A stretch of DNA of 63,977 nucleotides from Octopus bimaculoides. Taxonomy: Eukaryota. Shown here in pieces: positions 12,828-26,294 of this stretch. The notes under the pieces were generated by a model. The model was not told the origin of the DNA, did not search any database, and saw only the letters and a program-made list of their open reading frames with translations. Made by a program: the position numbers and the translations under genes. Location: the NCBI RefSeq assembly GCF_001194135.2, contig NC_069009.1, positions 961,643 to 1,025,619 on the forward strand, given 5' to 3'. The stretch's first letter is position 1. Every line of letters starts with the position of its first letter.

Positions 12828-13589
12828 ACTGCCTTGTTAATTACTTTAACTCATTAACATTCAGATTACTCTGTCAAATGTAATACTTATTTAAATTCTT
12901 GTGAATTAATCATTCATTATCTTATAGCTTTAAGATTCCACTGATATATTGTTTATATCTAGAATGACATTGTAGGATGGGTGTGAGGGCTGGGATCTGG
13001 CAGGTTTGAATAAAGAATATGTAGATATTTTATTGAAATATGGCCGGTTTAACCTTTTAGCATTCAGATTCCTTTGTCAAATTTAATGCTTATTTATTCA
13101 TATTGTCTTGAATGAATTATAGATCATCTCATAGCTTTGAGATTTCAGTGATGTGATTACTTCTTTCAGTTCAGCAGATATATTTTGCAATAATTCCGTA
13201 TATATTTATAGAAACAGGGTTATACGTGTTATGTATAACATCTTTGCTCAGTCTTTAAGATGTTCAATACGAATGACATTGTTTATATAAAAATTCTGTG
13301 ATGCAGATGTCATTTTATAATCTGAAACGAAAGAGAAACAACAGTGTCAAACATACAAGATAATTAGAGATTAGAGAGATTAAAAGATTGCAAGTTTTAC
13401 TACATTTTTATATAGACATGATCATAAAGGTGCAGGCATGGTTGTGTGGTAAGAAATTTGCATCCCAACCACATGGTTCTGGGTTCAGTCCCAGAGTGGC
13501 CAATCAAAGCCTTGGGAGAGGATTTGGTAGATGGAAACTCAAAGAAGCTTGACACATACAACGGGCTTCTTTCATTGCTCTTTGGTCAG

Positions 13590-13950
13590 TCCTGATCGGG
13601 GGCAACATGTCGTACCAGAATATTGTTTCCAGTGGTGAGATGTGTCCCCTCTCCACCATGGCCTTGACTGTTCGATGAGGTCTCTGCACAATCCCATTTC
13701 CACTTGGCCTGTATGCCATTCTGCAAAAACATGCACTTTCCACCTATCAAGTATCTCCTTCAGTGCCTCTGAATGAAACGTTGTGCTGTTATCCATACGT
13801 CCCTGCTGCTAAGAATACATCATTTACAATATGTGCCCTCTCGTCCACAGTACCTGCTCTCAGTTCGCTCCAAACGGCAATCCAGCCTGGCCCAGTCGAC
13901 CATCGAGAGATATGTCCCTTGCCGGTAGTGTGTTACATCCACTGCTAGTC
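13590..13950 (-). mobile_element. Gypsy-like LTR retrotransposon integrase fragment (frameshifted)
   Basis: DNSTTFHSEALKEILDRWKV / AYRPSGNGIVQRPHRTVKAMVERG resembles the rve core D...SGNGxVER motif. It is absent from the paralogous ZF5 upstream region. Confidence 0.75.
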
Positions 13951-14030
13951 ATCTAAAAAAAAAGGTGGAAACACTGAGACAAAAATGCACACATGAATAT
14001 ATTTAAACTGACATATATTTAATATATTTA

Positions 14031-14252
14031 AGGCGGCGAACTGGCAGATTCGTTAGCACGCCGGGCGAAATACTTAGCGGTATTTCGTCTAGCGTTACGT
14101 TCTGAGTTCAAACTCCGCCGAGGTCAACTTTGCCTTTCATCCTTTCGGGGTCGATTAAATAAGAACCAGTTACGCACTGGGGTCGATGTAATCGACCGAA
14201 ACTCCTTGTTTGTTCCCTATATGCTTAGCCCCGTGTGGGCAATAAAGAAATG
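14031..14252 (+). mobile_element. tRNA-headed SINE with Nin/Deu-domain-like core
   Basis: GAGTTCAAA (B-box) then CCGAGGTCAACTTTGCCTTTCATCCTTTCGGGGTCGAT. Copies at 15495-15680, 19455-19620, 30010-30170 (-), 39310-39425 (-), 55040-55165 and 56820-56975. Confidence 0.75.
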
Positions 14253-14584
14253 AATTAATTTAAACTGACACAAACTAACAATTCGTTTACAAAATTTGAA
14301 CTTTCATTTTGTCGATAAATGTGACAGGTAATGAATGAATACGAGCCAACCAAATTTATATTTTCATATTTAAATTCCGATAGAATTGTAATATACACAT
14401 TCTGAATGGTATTTATAGCAAATGTCATTAATACATATTCATTTTTCTATAACTTAATATTCATAATTTCAGCAGGTTTGGAATAGCATTTATAATTGGT
14501 AAAATGTAAATAAATCTTGAATATCCAAAGATTTCTGACTAACAGGTTTGTACAAAGAAAACGAACTTCAGTATAAAATCAAGA

Positions 14585-15150
14585 TGAAATTATTACTTTA
14601 CTCACAATTTAATCTCACTAGTTATCTTCCATAAAGTCCTTTCCCAGGCAGTTTTGATACAAAAATAGAAATTAATCGAGAAAAGTCAATAATTTTAGAC
14701 GAGATCAAAGAACATCTGACAGAAGAAATAGCTCAAACAGAAAACTATGAAAATGGGGAATTTATAAAATATGTAATGGTTTTCTTTAAATACCGAAACG
14801 AAATTAGATGATGCGGTGTTTCTTCTGGCTGTTTTATGTTCTGAGATCAAATGCAGCCAATGTAAATGTTTACCTTTCATTGCTTAGGAATTATTACTTT
14901 ACTCACAATTTAATCTCACTAGTTATCTTCCATAAAGTCCTTTCCCAGGCAGTTTTGATACAAAAATAGAAATTAATCGAGATCAAAGAACATCTGACAG
15001 AAGAAATAACTCAAACAGAAAACTATGAAAATGGGGAATTTATAAAATATGTAATGGTTTACTTTAAATACCGAAACGAAATTAGGTGCTGCAGTGTTTT
15101 TTCAGGTTCTTTTATGTTCTGAGATCAAATCCTGCCGATGTCAATTTTTA
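14585..15150. repeat. About 300-bp tandem duplication of the conserved ZF upstream block (putative non-coding first exon)
   Basis: GAAATTATTACTTTACTCACAATTTAATCTCACTAGTTATC... occurs at about 14586 and 14888. The second copy lacks about 23 bp. Confidence 0.85.
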
Positions 15151-15361
15151 CCTTTCGGTATCAATAAAATAACGATCCATCAAAAACAGAGATCGATGGT
15201 AGATACTTATCGCCCCACACCCCCAATATTAGGTCTATTGAAAAAAAAAAAACCTTTACGCCTAGCGGATAACTATAGAAATAATTATATCAAGGCGAAC
15301 AACTCACTAATCACTGATCTACCACCTTTAGAAAATCGAAAAATGTTTTAAAACTTATATT

Positions 15362-15481
15362 TATTACAGCCATATCACGTTGAATGCACTGGTTTTCGTG
15401 TGATCACCGAAGTTAAGCTATGTCGAGCCTACCGAGTACTTAGATGGGTAACCGCTTGGGAGGCATACGTGATGAAAGCAT
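15362..15481 (+). pseudogene. 5S rRNA-like copy (degenerate)
   Basis: About 120 nt colinear with metazoan 5S: TACAGCCATATCACGTTGAATGCACTGGTTTTCGTGTGATCACCGAAGTTAAGC...AGTACTTAGATGGGTAACCGCTTGGGA. Box A and box C are recognisable; the termini do not pair well. Confidence 0.85.
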
Positions 15482-16450
15482 CTCACTCACATTTTAAGGA
15501 AGCGAGGTGGCAGAATCGCTAGCGCGCTGGACAAAATGCTTCGCTACTTTCTGAGTTCAAATTCTGTCAAGATCGACTTTGCCTTTTATCCTATTGTGGT
15601 TGATAAAATGAGTACCAGTTGAACACTGGACTCGATGTAATCCACTAGCCTACTCACCAGATTTCAGACGTTGTGCCTTTATAAGAGATTTTTACTAAAA
15701 GACATGATTTAGTGTGAGAAAATGTTAACGTATATAGTTGGTGTGCATAGCATGGCCCCAACACGCATAAGAAAAGGACAAGGAGATGTAATCTTCCTTT
15801 TTCACAAATATAACATTTATTACAGCAAAGTTAATACAGTTCATACAAATGCTCTCAAAATATATGACAATAAATTTCTGTTTGCCAAGAGGACAATAAA
15901 TGTCTGTTTTAAATTTTAGTTAAAAGGGGAAATTAATCTATGTGCATACAAATGTCAGAACTATGCAAATGTGCTATGGAGCATGTTATATCCCACTTGT
16001 GTTTGCAGTACAAAATCGAATCACTTGCTCAAATTTAATGGTAAATCCAAAGAAAAGGTGGTGGTGGTTGGGGAATATGTGTGGTACAGCGGATAGAGGG
16101 TAATGTTTCATAAAAGTGTGAGGGGCTTATGAATGTACATGTGTGTGTGTGGGTGTATATTATTATATCCTTGCCTTGAGACTGTGTGATAATTGTAAAC
16201 GAGTGTCACTGCCATACAAGCAGAGTCCATCACCAATCTGCCACAAAAACATGTCTTGGTCAGGGGGAAATGTTATCTTACTTTGAAACAATTGAAGGTT
16301 GGCAACAAGAAGGCCATCTGGACAGAAAATCCACCTCAACAAATTGCATCTGATTCATGAGACAGAAGTAGACAGGAAAGCAACAATGGTTTGTCTCTAA
16401 TATGAATGTTCTTGTGATTAAAGCTGCTTATAAGAGCAAATGATTTGCTA

Positions 16451-17681
<1,231 letters not shown>

Positions 17682-18401
17682 ATGTTTTCTTTCGTTTTGT
17701 ATATTTCTCTTAACAAATTATTTTGCAATAATTCCGTATATATTTATAGAAACAAGGTTATACGTGTTATGTATAACATCTTTGCTCAGTCTTTATGATG
17801 TTTAATACTAATGTAGTTTATATAAAAATTCTATGATGCAGAGGTCATCTAATAATCTGAAACAAAAGAGAAATAACAGTGTCAAACATACAAGATAATT
17901 AGAAAGCTTCACATATGCCAATTATCAAAATGAATTCAAATTGAAATAAAACAGAAATTCCCTAACCCTGACCCTAAAACCCTAGTGAAAATCGTGCGGG
18001 TGTTAACCAGCTATTTTTATCCCATGTCTATACCTCAAATCCAACAAGACTTATTTGAATTGTTGTGTAAACTCTGATAGTTTAGTATGAAGGAATTCGG
18101 TAGTAATAAATTTACGTCGCAACTCTCTACGACAAATTGCCTTACTTCTAAACGCACTGTAAATAAACCAATGTAGTAAATATTTTCTCTTTCTTCACTT
18201 CTTTCCAACCTGTTAATGAAATTTATTTGTGCAACTATGAAACTGTTTTTATAGCGGCGAAAAAGAACAAACTTATCTTCAACATACATGCACGTTACAT
18301 ACATGTACATTCAACATGTCCTTTCAAGTGTCTCGATATATGGTTAAATGTTTACATCTTGACCCAGAAATGAAAAGTTTGTACAAAGAGAAAATGAACT
18401 T

Positions 18402-18571
18402 ATATACCTGTTGTAATTTGGTTATCTATAGTCCGATCTATCTATAGTTCGAAGAAAGAAAACCGTTGGAAAACAGTTTATAGCAGAGACTCCAGCCTAG
18501 AAGATCTGAAGAAGAAATTGCAATTCCGAAATATCATCGGACTATAGATAACCAAATTACAACAGGTATAT
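18402..18571. mobile_element. MITE, about 170 bp, with 36-bp perfect terminal inverted repeats and TA-rich ends (Tc1/mariner-like)
   Basis: ATATACCTGTTGTAATTTGGTTATCTATAGTCCGAT ... ATCGGACTATAGATAACCAAATTACAACAGGTATAT. It is absent at the equivalent position upstream of ZF3 and ZF5. Confidence 0.85.
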
Positions 18572-19127
18572 TAGTCTATTGTTTGTTCTATAGTGCATTG
18601 TTGTACCATTCTAAACTTTTTATTCTTTATAAATAAAAATAAGATGAAATTATTACTTTACTCACAATTTAATCTCACTCATTATCTTCCATATAGTCCT
18701 TTCTCCGGCAGTTTTGATTCAAAACTGGAAATTCATCCAGAAAAGTTGTTAATTTCTAACGAGAGGTGAAAGAACATCTGACAACATTACCATAGTGATC
18801 CTATGGTAATGGGGAACTTATAAAACGTGCATTGGTTTGCTTTTCAAATACCGAAACGAAATTGTAGTAGTGAACCAAAATTAATGGCAATTATTCAGGC
18901 CAAGCAGTGTTTCTCCTGCTTTGACCTCAAATCTTACCGATGTTAATTTTACCTATCATTGCTTCGGAATAAAAAAAAAACAGAGATCGATGACAGCTAC
19001 TATTAGGCCTATTCATAACTTTGCCCCTAATGGATAATTGAAGAAACAATCGTATCAAGAACAACTGACCAAATTGCTAATAAAACACCTTTAGAAAATG
19101 CGAATGTTTTAAAACTGTTTTTATTAA

Positions 19128-19441
19128 TATTACAGCCATAACAAGTTGAGGTACTACTAAATCAGCGCGGACCCGAACGCGCGAGCTAGTCGTGAGTGGT
19201 CGATCCTAACCCTAACCCTAAACACGTATTCATTTACACACGCGGGTTAGGGATAGGGACAGGGTTAGGGTTAGGGACAGGGTTAGGATCGACCACTCAA
19301 GACTAGCTAGCGCGGACGCGCGGCTTTAGTAGTACCTCAAGTTGAATGTATCGTTTCTCGTCCGATTACTGTAGCTAAGCAACGTCGAACCTACTGAGTA
19401 CTTATGGTCGAACGCTTAGGAAACCTATGAGTTGTAAGCAT
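19128..19441 (+). pseudogene. Second 5S rRNA-like copy, interrupted by a MITE
   Basis: TACAGCCATAACAAGTTG [insertion] AATGTATCGTTTCTCGTCCGATTACTGTAGCTAAGCAACGTCG...AGTACTT. Flanks are paralogous to the first copy. Confidence 0.8.
19149..19337. mobile_element. 189-bp MITE with inverted telomere-like (CCCTAA/TTAGGG) arms
   Basis: TIRs AGGTACTACTAAA...TTTAGTAGTACCT, flanked by the direct repeat CAAGTTG (19142-19148 and 19338-19344). Confidence 0.88.
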
Positions 19442-19961
19442 CTCACACACCTTTTTAAGACGGTGAGCTAGCAGAACCGTTAAGCGCTGGACGAAATGCT
19501 TAGCAGTTCTAAGTCCGCCGAGTTCGACTTTGCCTTTCATCCTTTCGGTGTCGATAAATAAGTACTAGTTGAGTGCTGGGGTTGATGTAATTGATGAGTC
19601 CCCTTCCCCGAATTTCAGGCCTTTAGAGGTAGCTTAGTGTACAGTAATACAGATAAATTCCTCTATTTACATAATTTCGAGGTCTCTTTCTTTCTTTTGT
19701 TGTCTTACCTTTTCTATCAATATTTGCACCACTTTTCTGAGAGTACGTAGTAGCCAGTCAGAGTTATATAACTGCTGAAAGTCTCCCGTAAGGGTGAATG
19801 TATGATTCAAATTTAATTGGTGTTACTGTATTTACCTACGGGCTTGTGATTTTGTATTTGTTTTCGCTAACGAGCGAGGATTTTGACCAAAAATAAATTG
19901 AATAAACATAAACGTGTAGCATATCAGCGATCGAAAGAGAATACTTAGAATATAATATAGC

Positions 19962-19977
19962 GGCCCTAAAAAGGGCC
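19962..19977 (-). terminator. Histone H3 3' stem-loop
   Basis: Minus strand GGCCCT-TTTT-AGGGCC, 30 nt after the H3 stop. Confidence 0.93.
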
Positions 19978-20006
19978 ATTTAAGATACTGACAAAGCAAC
20001 AGCGAC

Positions 20007-20426
<420 letters not shown>

Positions 20427-20596
20427 TCAACAAATAATGAATAAATGACGAGACCAACCGTCNNNNNNNNNNNNNNNNNNNNNNNNNNNNNNNNNNNNNN
20501 NNNNNNNNNNNNNNNNNNNNAAATCGGGCGGGAAGATAGCTTTCTTAGATTTCCAAATGACAGCTGCCCGCCAAACCGAGACTGCTGCTGATATGA

Positions 20597-21040
<444 letters not shown>

Positions 21041-21071
21041 GCTTAGAATTTTAGGCTTCTTCAAACATACC

Positions 21072-21087
21072 GGCCCTTTTCAAGGCC
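21072..21087 (+). terminator. Histone H4 3' stem-loop (one mismatch)
   Basis: GGCCCT-TTTC-AAGGCC followed by ACC; the fifth stem pair is C-A. Confidence 0.88.
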
Positions 21088-22102
21088 ACCTACTATTTAA
21101 TTTAAGTCAGCTCTTCTAAATCGATGTGCTTCATTTTGTTTAGGCGTTAATTTGCAGCTAGTGGTTTTCAAGGTGCACCCTTTTCCGGAAAACATGGATG
21201 GATGATCACATCCGCTCAATGCACTTGATCGATCCTTTACGAAATGTTTACTCTAAACAATTTACGTTTTATATCGGTAAATCAATTATTTCTGGACACT
21301 TGCAATCACGATCTAATAGGGACGAGAGAAAATGAAAACTAATATTTGTGCCAACTAATCGATCGTTCAGCAGTGGAAAAAATCTGTCCCATCGGACGGC
21401 TGTGTCTCGGCAAATATCGTTAATGAGCTATGTTGTCGTTCCATTCATTATGCTGAAGACGATGGAAAAAATATATTTAAATAAAAAAAATATAGTACTG
21501 TTTCTACTTCAGGTGTTAGCGGCTGACTGCACGCGTTTGACGTTCTGATTCAATATGGGGAAGTCTGAAAATATCTAACTAAAAATATGAAAATAAGGAA
21601 GGTATCAGACGGTTGTTAAGATGCAAACATGTTTGTTTATATATATTCGCTTTGCAAACATGTTTGTTTATATATATTCGATCATTGGTGACTGAGAACT
21701 TGTAAGTAATTGACCGAAAATATGAAAATAAGGGAGGTATCAGACGGGGCAAAAAAAATGTGATTAAAAAGAATTTGCAAACGTTTGTTTATATATATTC
21801 GCGGCTTTTTTAGAACAATAAAAATGGATGAATGAAATTTTTTGCATACATCATCTTGTATGTTCTATACTTTTTTTAATTGCATTTCATTTTCCTATTT
21901 AGGTGTTTCTAAAAGACCACTCGGAAAATTCACCAGATCCGAGTTTTCCCGTATTTTTTCTTTAAAAAAATTATAAATACCTGTGCTTCGATGTACACAA
22001 ATCGTACGTTTCCTCCCCCAATCCATTCTATCGCAGAAATTAATTCGGAGAAAATAGATCGCAAATCAGAGAATCGGAATTAACTTTCATGAGAATATGG
22101 GT

Positions 22103-22118
22103 GGTCCTGAAAAGGACC
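22103..22118 (-). terminator. Orphan histone 3' stem-loop without an intact ORF
   Basis: Minus strand GGTCCT-TTTC-AGGACC, then ACCCA and a downstream GAAAG. Confidence 0.7.
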
Positions 22119-22379
22119 GGTATTCGATGAACAGAAAACTAAGCAGGTTTACTTTTGAAGCTTGTTAGAATGACATTCTAATGGATAAAAGGGCCCAGCA
22201 ACAAGATTCGCCCTCTCTTTAACCCGTGAGCACTTGCAGAACACATTTCTCTGGCTGGGCCTCTAGGCTAATAGGCTTGTCGTGTCTCCTGAGGCAATGG
22301 GCCCGCGTAACGAAGAACGGCGAACTCACAGTGCATGAGATGGCTACAAAGAGCAACGCACTTCACCCCTGTGTATAGT

Positions 22380-23050
22380 GTAAATAAAACTGTTTGAGAA
22401 CCTGCTAGAGGGAATTGGGACCTGATTACTTCAGTCCTTGGTAAATTCTACTCTCGTAACTATTTTCACAGCTTCATATTCAAGTAGCTTGATTTTCCAA
22501 ATAGCTGTTTTTTTATAGTTCTATATATGGATGCACAATCAACAGTCATATGCTTTAATCATTTAAACTGTACAACAAACGTTTTATTTTAGTCTTTGGT
22601 CAGTAAGTGTTATTTCCTGTTTGATTCTGTTTACAAGTCAAAGGTTTAGTAGAAAGTGGGTTATACATCTTTAGATTGTATACGTGACTTTCTACTATAA
22701 AATTAAAGAAATAGACGGAACGCTGAATTGGTAAAACATACATATATTTAGTTATACATCTTTAGAGGTGAGAATAACGAGCTGTCGAGTATAAGACCGA
22801 AAGATGTAGGGACAGCTTTTAAACACGTCCATGCTCAATCGCTGGCCAGCGAGAATGAGAATGAATTGAGCGGGAAACGCTTGCTTGTTTTATTCTACGC
22901 AGGCGTTACTACAAAGGAAATAGCTACGATTCCCTGTGCTGAGTTGCTGAAGCAGAAATATTGACGTAACAAATATCACCAGAGCATATCAAACAATCTG
23001 TGATAAGGAGCAGGAGTAGTGGGTAAGTGCCATAGCTATGTGTTTTAAAT
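22380..23050 (+). promoter_or_regulatory. Paralog of the ZF6 upstream/5'UTR region with no ZF downstream
   Basis: Blocks match 58360-58590 and 58690-58850; 22835-22900 resembles 57525-57590. The TTGGTCA|GTAAGT donor is conserved (22603 vs 58560). Confidence 0.6.
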
Positions 23051-26000
23051 ATATGTAACTCAATCTATTGAGAATAATATATTAGATATAACTGTTACGT
23101 ACTCAAAAACAAGGTATACATACACTTGTACGTGCGTTCATGTATCCGGATACTATGCATGGAGATATATCTATATCTGTACGTTTGCTTAAGGATATGT
23201 GGATATATAAGTGTATGTATATGGTTACTAGGGTGTAACTGTAAGATATGTGTGGAGATGTATGCGTATATTCATGTATGTCGAGCTATGCATAACGAGG
23301 TGTACATGTATACGCTCTAGTATGTTGGCGAATGTATCTGGATGAGGGCGTGTCTATATACACACATATACATATACTGTGACTTCTAAGTTAGTGTATA
23401 GATAAGTTTATAAAGCTAAGAATTTTTAGTGGTGTGTTTGGGATGGTCACTGACCATTCATCACAATGATATCAAATTACAACCTTAATCTACATTTCAA
23501 CGAGTGGTCTAGCTAAAAAATTATTTGTGACCACTAACATCTCATCCAAGCCAACATCCTGTTCTCAATTCTATAGCATTTTATCTCTTATTATACTTTG
23601 TTTTTATTTCCTTTGTTACTTTATTCCAGTTTTGCTAAATCTTATTTATATATGTATCTAACTTTATTATCCTTATTTTTACTTTTATTTTTATACTTTA
23701 TTTTTTACCTTTTTTCTTTTCTTTCTATCTTATACACGCCAGTTAAATATAAACTCAATCCAATCTATTTAACATTCACTCTATGCTGAATAGTGGTACA
23801 GTATGGGCAGATTTTTGAAATCCAACGAACCTCTATACAAATATACCTTTTTAAAGGGATGTGATAAACCTATTATAATGGATAATACTAAGTGTACTTT
23901 TTCTTTTGTGATGTAATCTTTGGACTAAAAATTGTTGGCTGCTGAAGAGAGTTTTAAACCATCTTTTATATCAATAATATACCTATGGTGATGTAATAAC
24001 AGATTGTTTATAAAGTTTGAAACATGTGTACCACGATATCCTTTGTGTTTTGTTTTCAATTTATGTTTGATATATTCTCTCACCTCTGCCACTATCTGGC
24101 ATATACAGTCGCTTTTACACCGACTTCAAAAAATCCACGCCCCCACATATATAAAAAAAATTATAAGATTTTACGGAAAGCGACGATTTTTTTTTTGACA
24201 AGTATAGTACTCATCGAAATTTAGCCAAAATACATTGCAGAGTGTGTAGATTGCAATTACATTTGAATCGAATATATTTAAAAACAAATTGGCGGGCTCG
24301 TACCCATATATATTAGCACACGTCACATATATATATATAGAAAATGAAACGGTGATCTTTCGATACCAACCCTCCTTTTTGCTTGAGCGTTTGTTTACAT
24401 CAATTCGGCAATTTCCGTAATGAAAGAGGGAAAGGATGTTAGTCAGCGACAGCTTTGATTTGTTAGGTAGCAGACAGCAGGGACCCCCTCTCTTAAGAAC
24501 ACATGCCAGTTATCTCTCTTTGCACCTCTCTTAAGAACACATGCAAATTATCTCTCGCTTTCTCTCTCTATCTCTAACAGTAACCCTAACATTAACCCAT
24601 ATATATTAGTACACGTAACATATATATATAGAAAATGAAACTTGAAACTATTTTCCTTTTCCCTTCAATTTGCGATATAATCTTAATTAAGACACTCTGA
24701 AAAGTATGTATATGTGAATGTATGTATGTATAGGACTGTGTGAGCCCGTATGTATGATATGTATTTTTATGTATGTATACGACTCCTCTTACTACGTACA
24801 CGCCTACCATGTTTGCATTCTATTGGTGCAGAATCTTACATCATAAAATAGTGAACAGCAAATGTCACGCAATACTAGTTCTCGGGTAAATGTTTTTTTT
24901 TTCTTTCCTGTTGGGCAGGGCCGGATTAAGACTCATCGAGGCCCTAAGCACTTATAAGATTTTGGTAGATTATGTAATTCAAAATATAAACAATAACAAA
25001 CGATAATATATATATATATATTGAAAACGAAAGAATTTCTGGAGATGTACTCACATAGCAAGTGACTTAATCTTAGATCGTGTGCTGGTGTTTATAAGCC
25101 ATTTCAGAAACACACAAAAACAGTTAGATACACTAATGAAGCAATACGCAGGAAAGAGAAGGCGTCATAAGAAAACTTACGTTAAAAATAACATGCACAC
25201 GATTTTTTTTCTCAATAGAAGTAAATTCCAAAGTAAACGTTTCTAGTAGAGAAGTAGGAGAGAACAGGACATAACTACAGAGAAATCTACGGATGCACAT
25301 ACGCACATAATAGAGAAAAATGAAACAATTATGGACGACTTGCTCCGAAACACCACCGAGTGGGGAACGCTTCTCAAAAATAACCTGCAGTTGTTTCCTT
25401 CAAAATTCCTACATGCTCGAAATGTACATACATCAAGGTATATTTGTAGAAAATTTCACGAAAAAATATTCATTTTCCTGGAGTTTAAGTGGACTCTGTT
25501 GGAATTTCCGAAAATTGTCCCCCACCCCCATTCCAAAACACTTTCACTAAAAGCCCATCTTTTTTGTATGTGTATGAAAGTGGCTAGGGATCATTCGTAT
25601 TTGCTTTATTTGATTCTGTAAAATCCAGATACGCATACACTTCTCCGTGCTTAATTAGCTTAGGCGAAGCAAAAATAATTTTTCGTTTTCAGAGTTGACT
25701 ACATCCGATATAAAAGAAAGTCAGATGTTTGAACTGTTCAGCATCATAAATTTCCCAGAGTTAAATAAAACTGTTGGACACTCTATCTGTACCTACTTAA
25801 TCTTCAGTGTAGAATTTACATATATACACACACACAAAATTGTGTACGCGCAACCATAAGGCTACCTTTCCACAAAGATTTCCTTAAAAAAATTCTTGTG
25901 GCCAAATATTGTTATGTTATTTATTCATGTATGCAGTTTTAATTTACAGTGGATCGCTTGAAATAATTAAGAAAAAGAATGTTAATTAGCTTATTTCAAT

Positions 26001-26294
26001 TAAATAATGTAAACGTTTTATAAAAGATATTTATGGTATTTCACTCGTTATATTTAAAGCAGTCATCATCATCAATTATAACAGCTTGAAATAATTAAGA
26101 TTGCTAATTAGGTTTATGTAGTTATTTTGCAGCTTATTTCTTTAAAGCAATCTAGGATGGCTGTGTGGTAAGAAGCTTGCATTCCAGCCACATTGGTATG
26201 TTATCGCGACAGTTTGTTTTTCTCAACCTGACCTGCAGCGGACCCTGGGCTATAAACTTTGTTATTTTGCAGCTTTTGAAAATTATTTTTTCAG

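Noticed and set aside
17955-18010. Telomere-like CCCTAA motifs (also 39600-39645, 24580) as interstitial telomeres
   Set aside because: Only 2-3 degenerate units inside a dispersed repeat.
21340-21470. Possible H2B body remnant (ATAATGAAT...AACGATATT on the minus strand)
   Set aside because: Similarity is too short and the spacing is wrong; compatible with chance.
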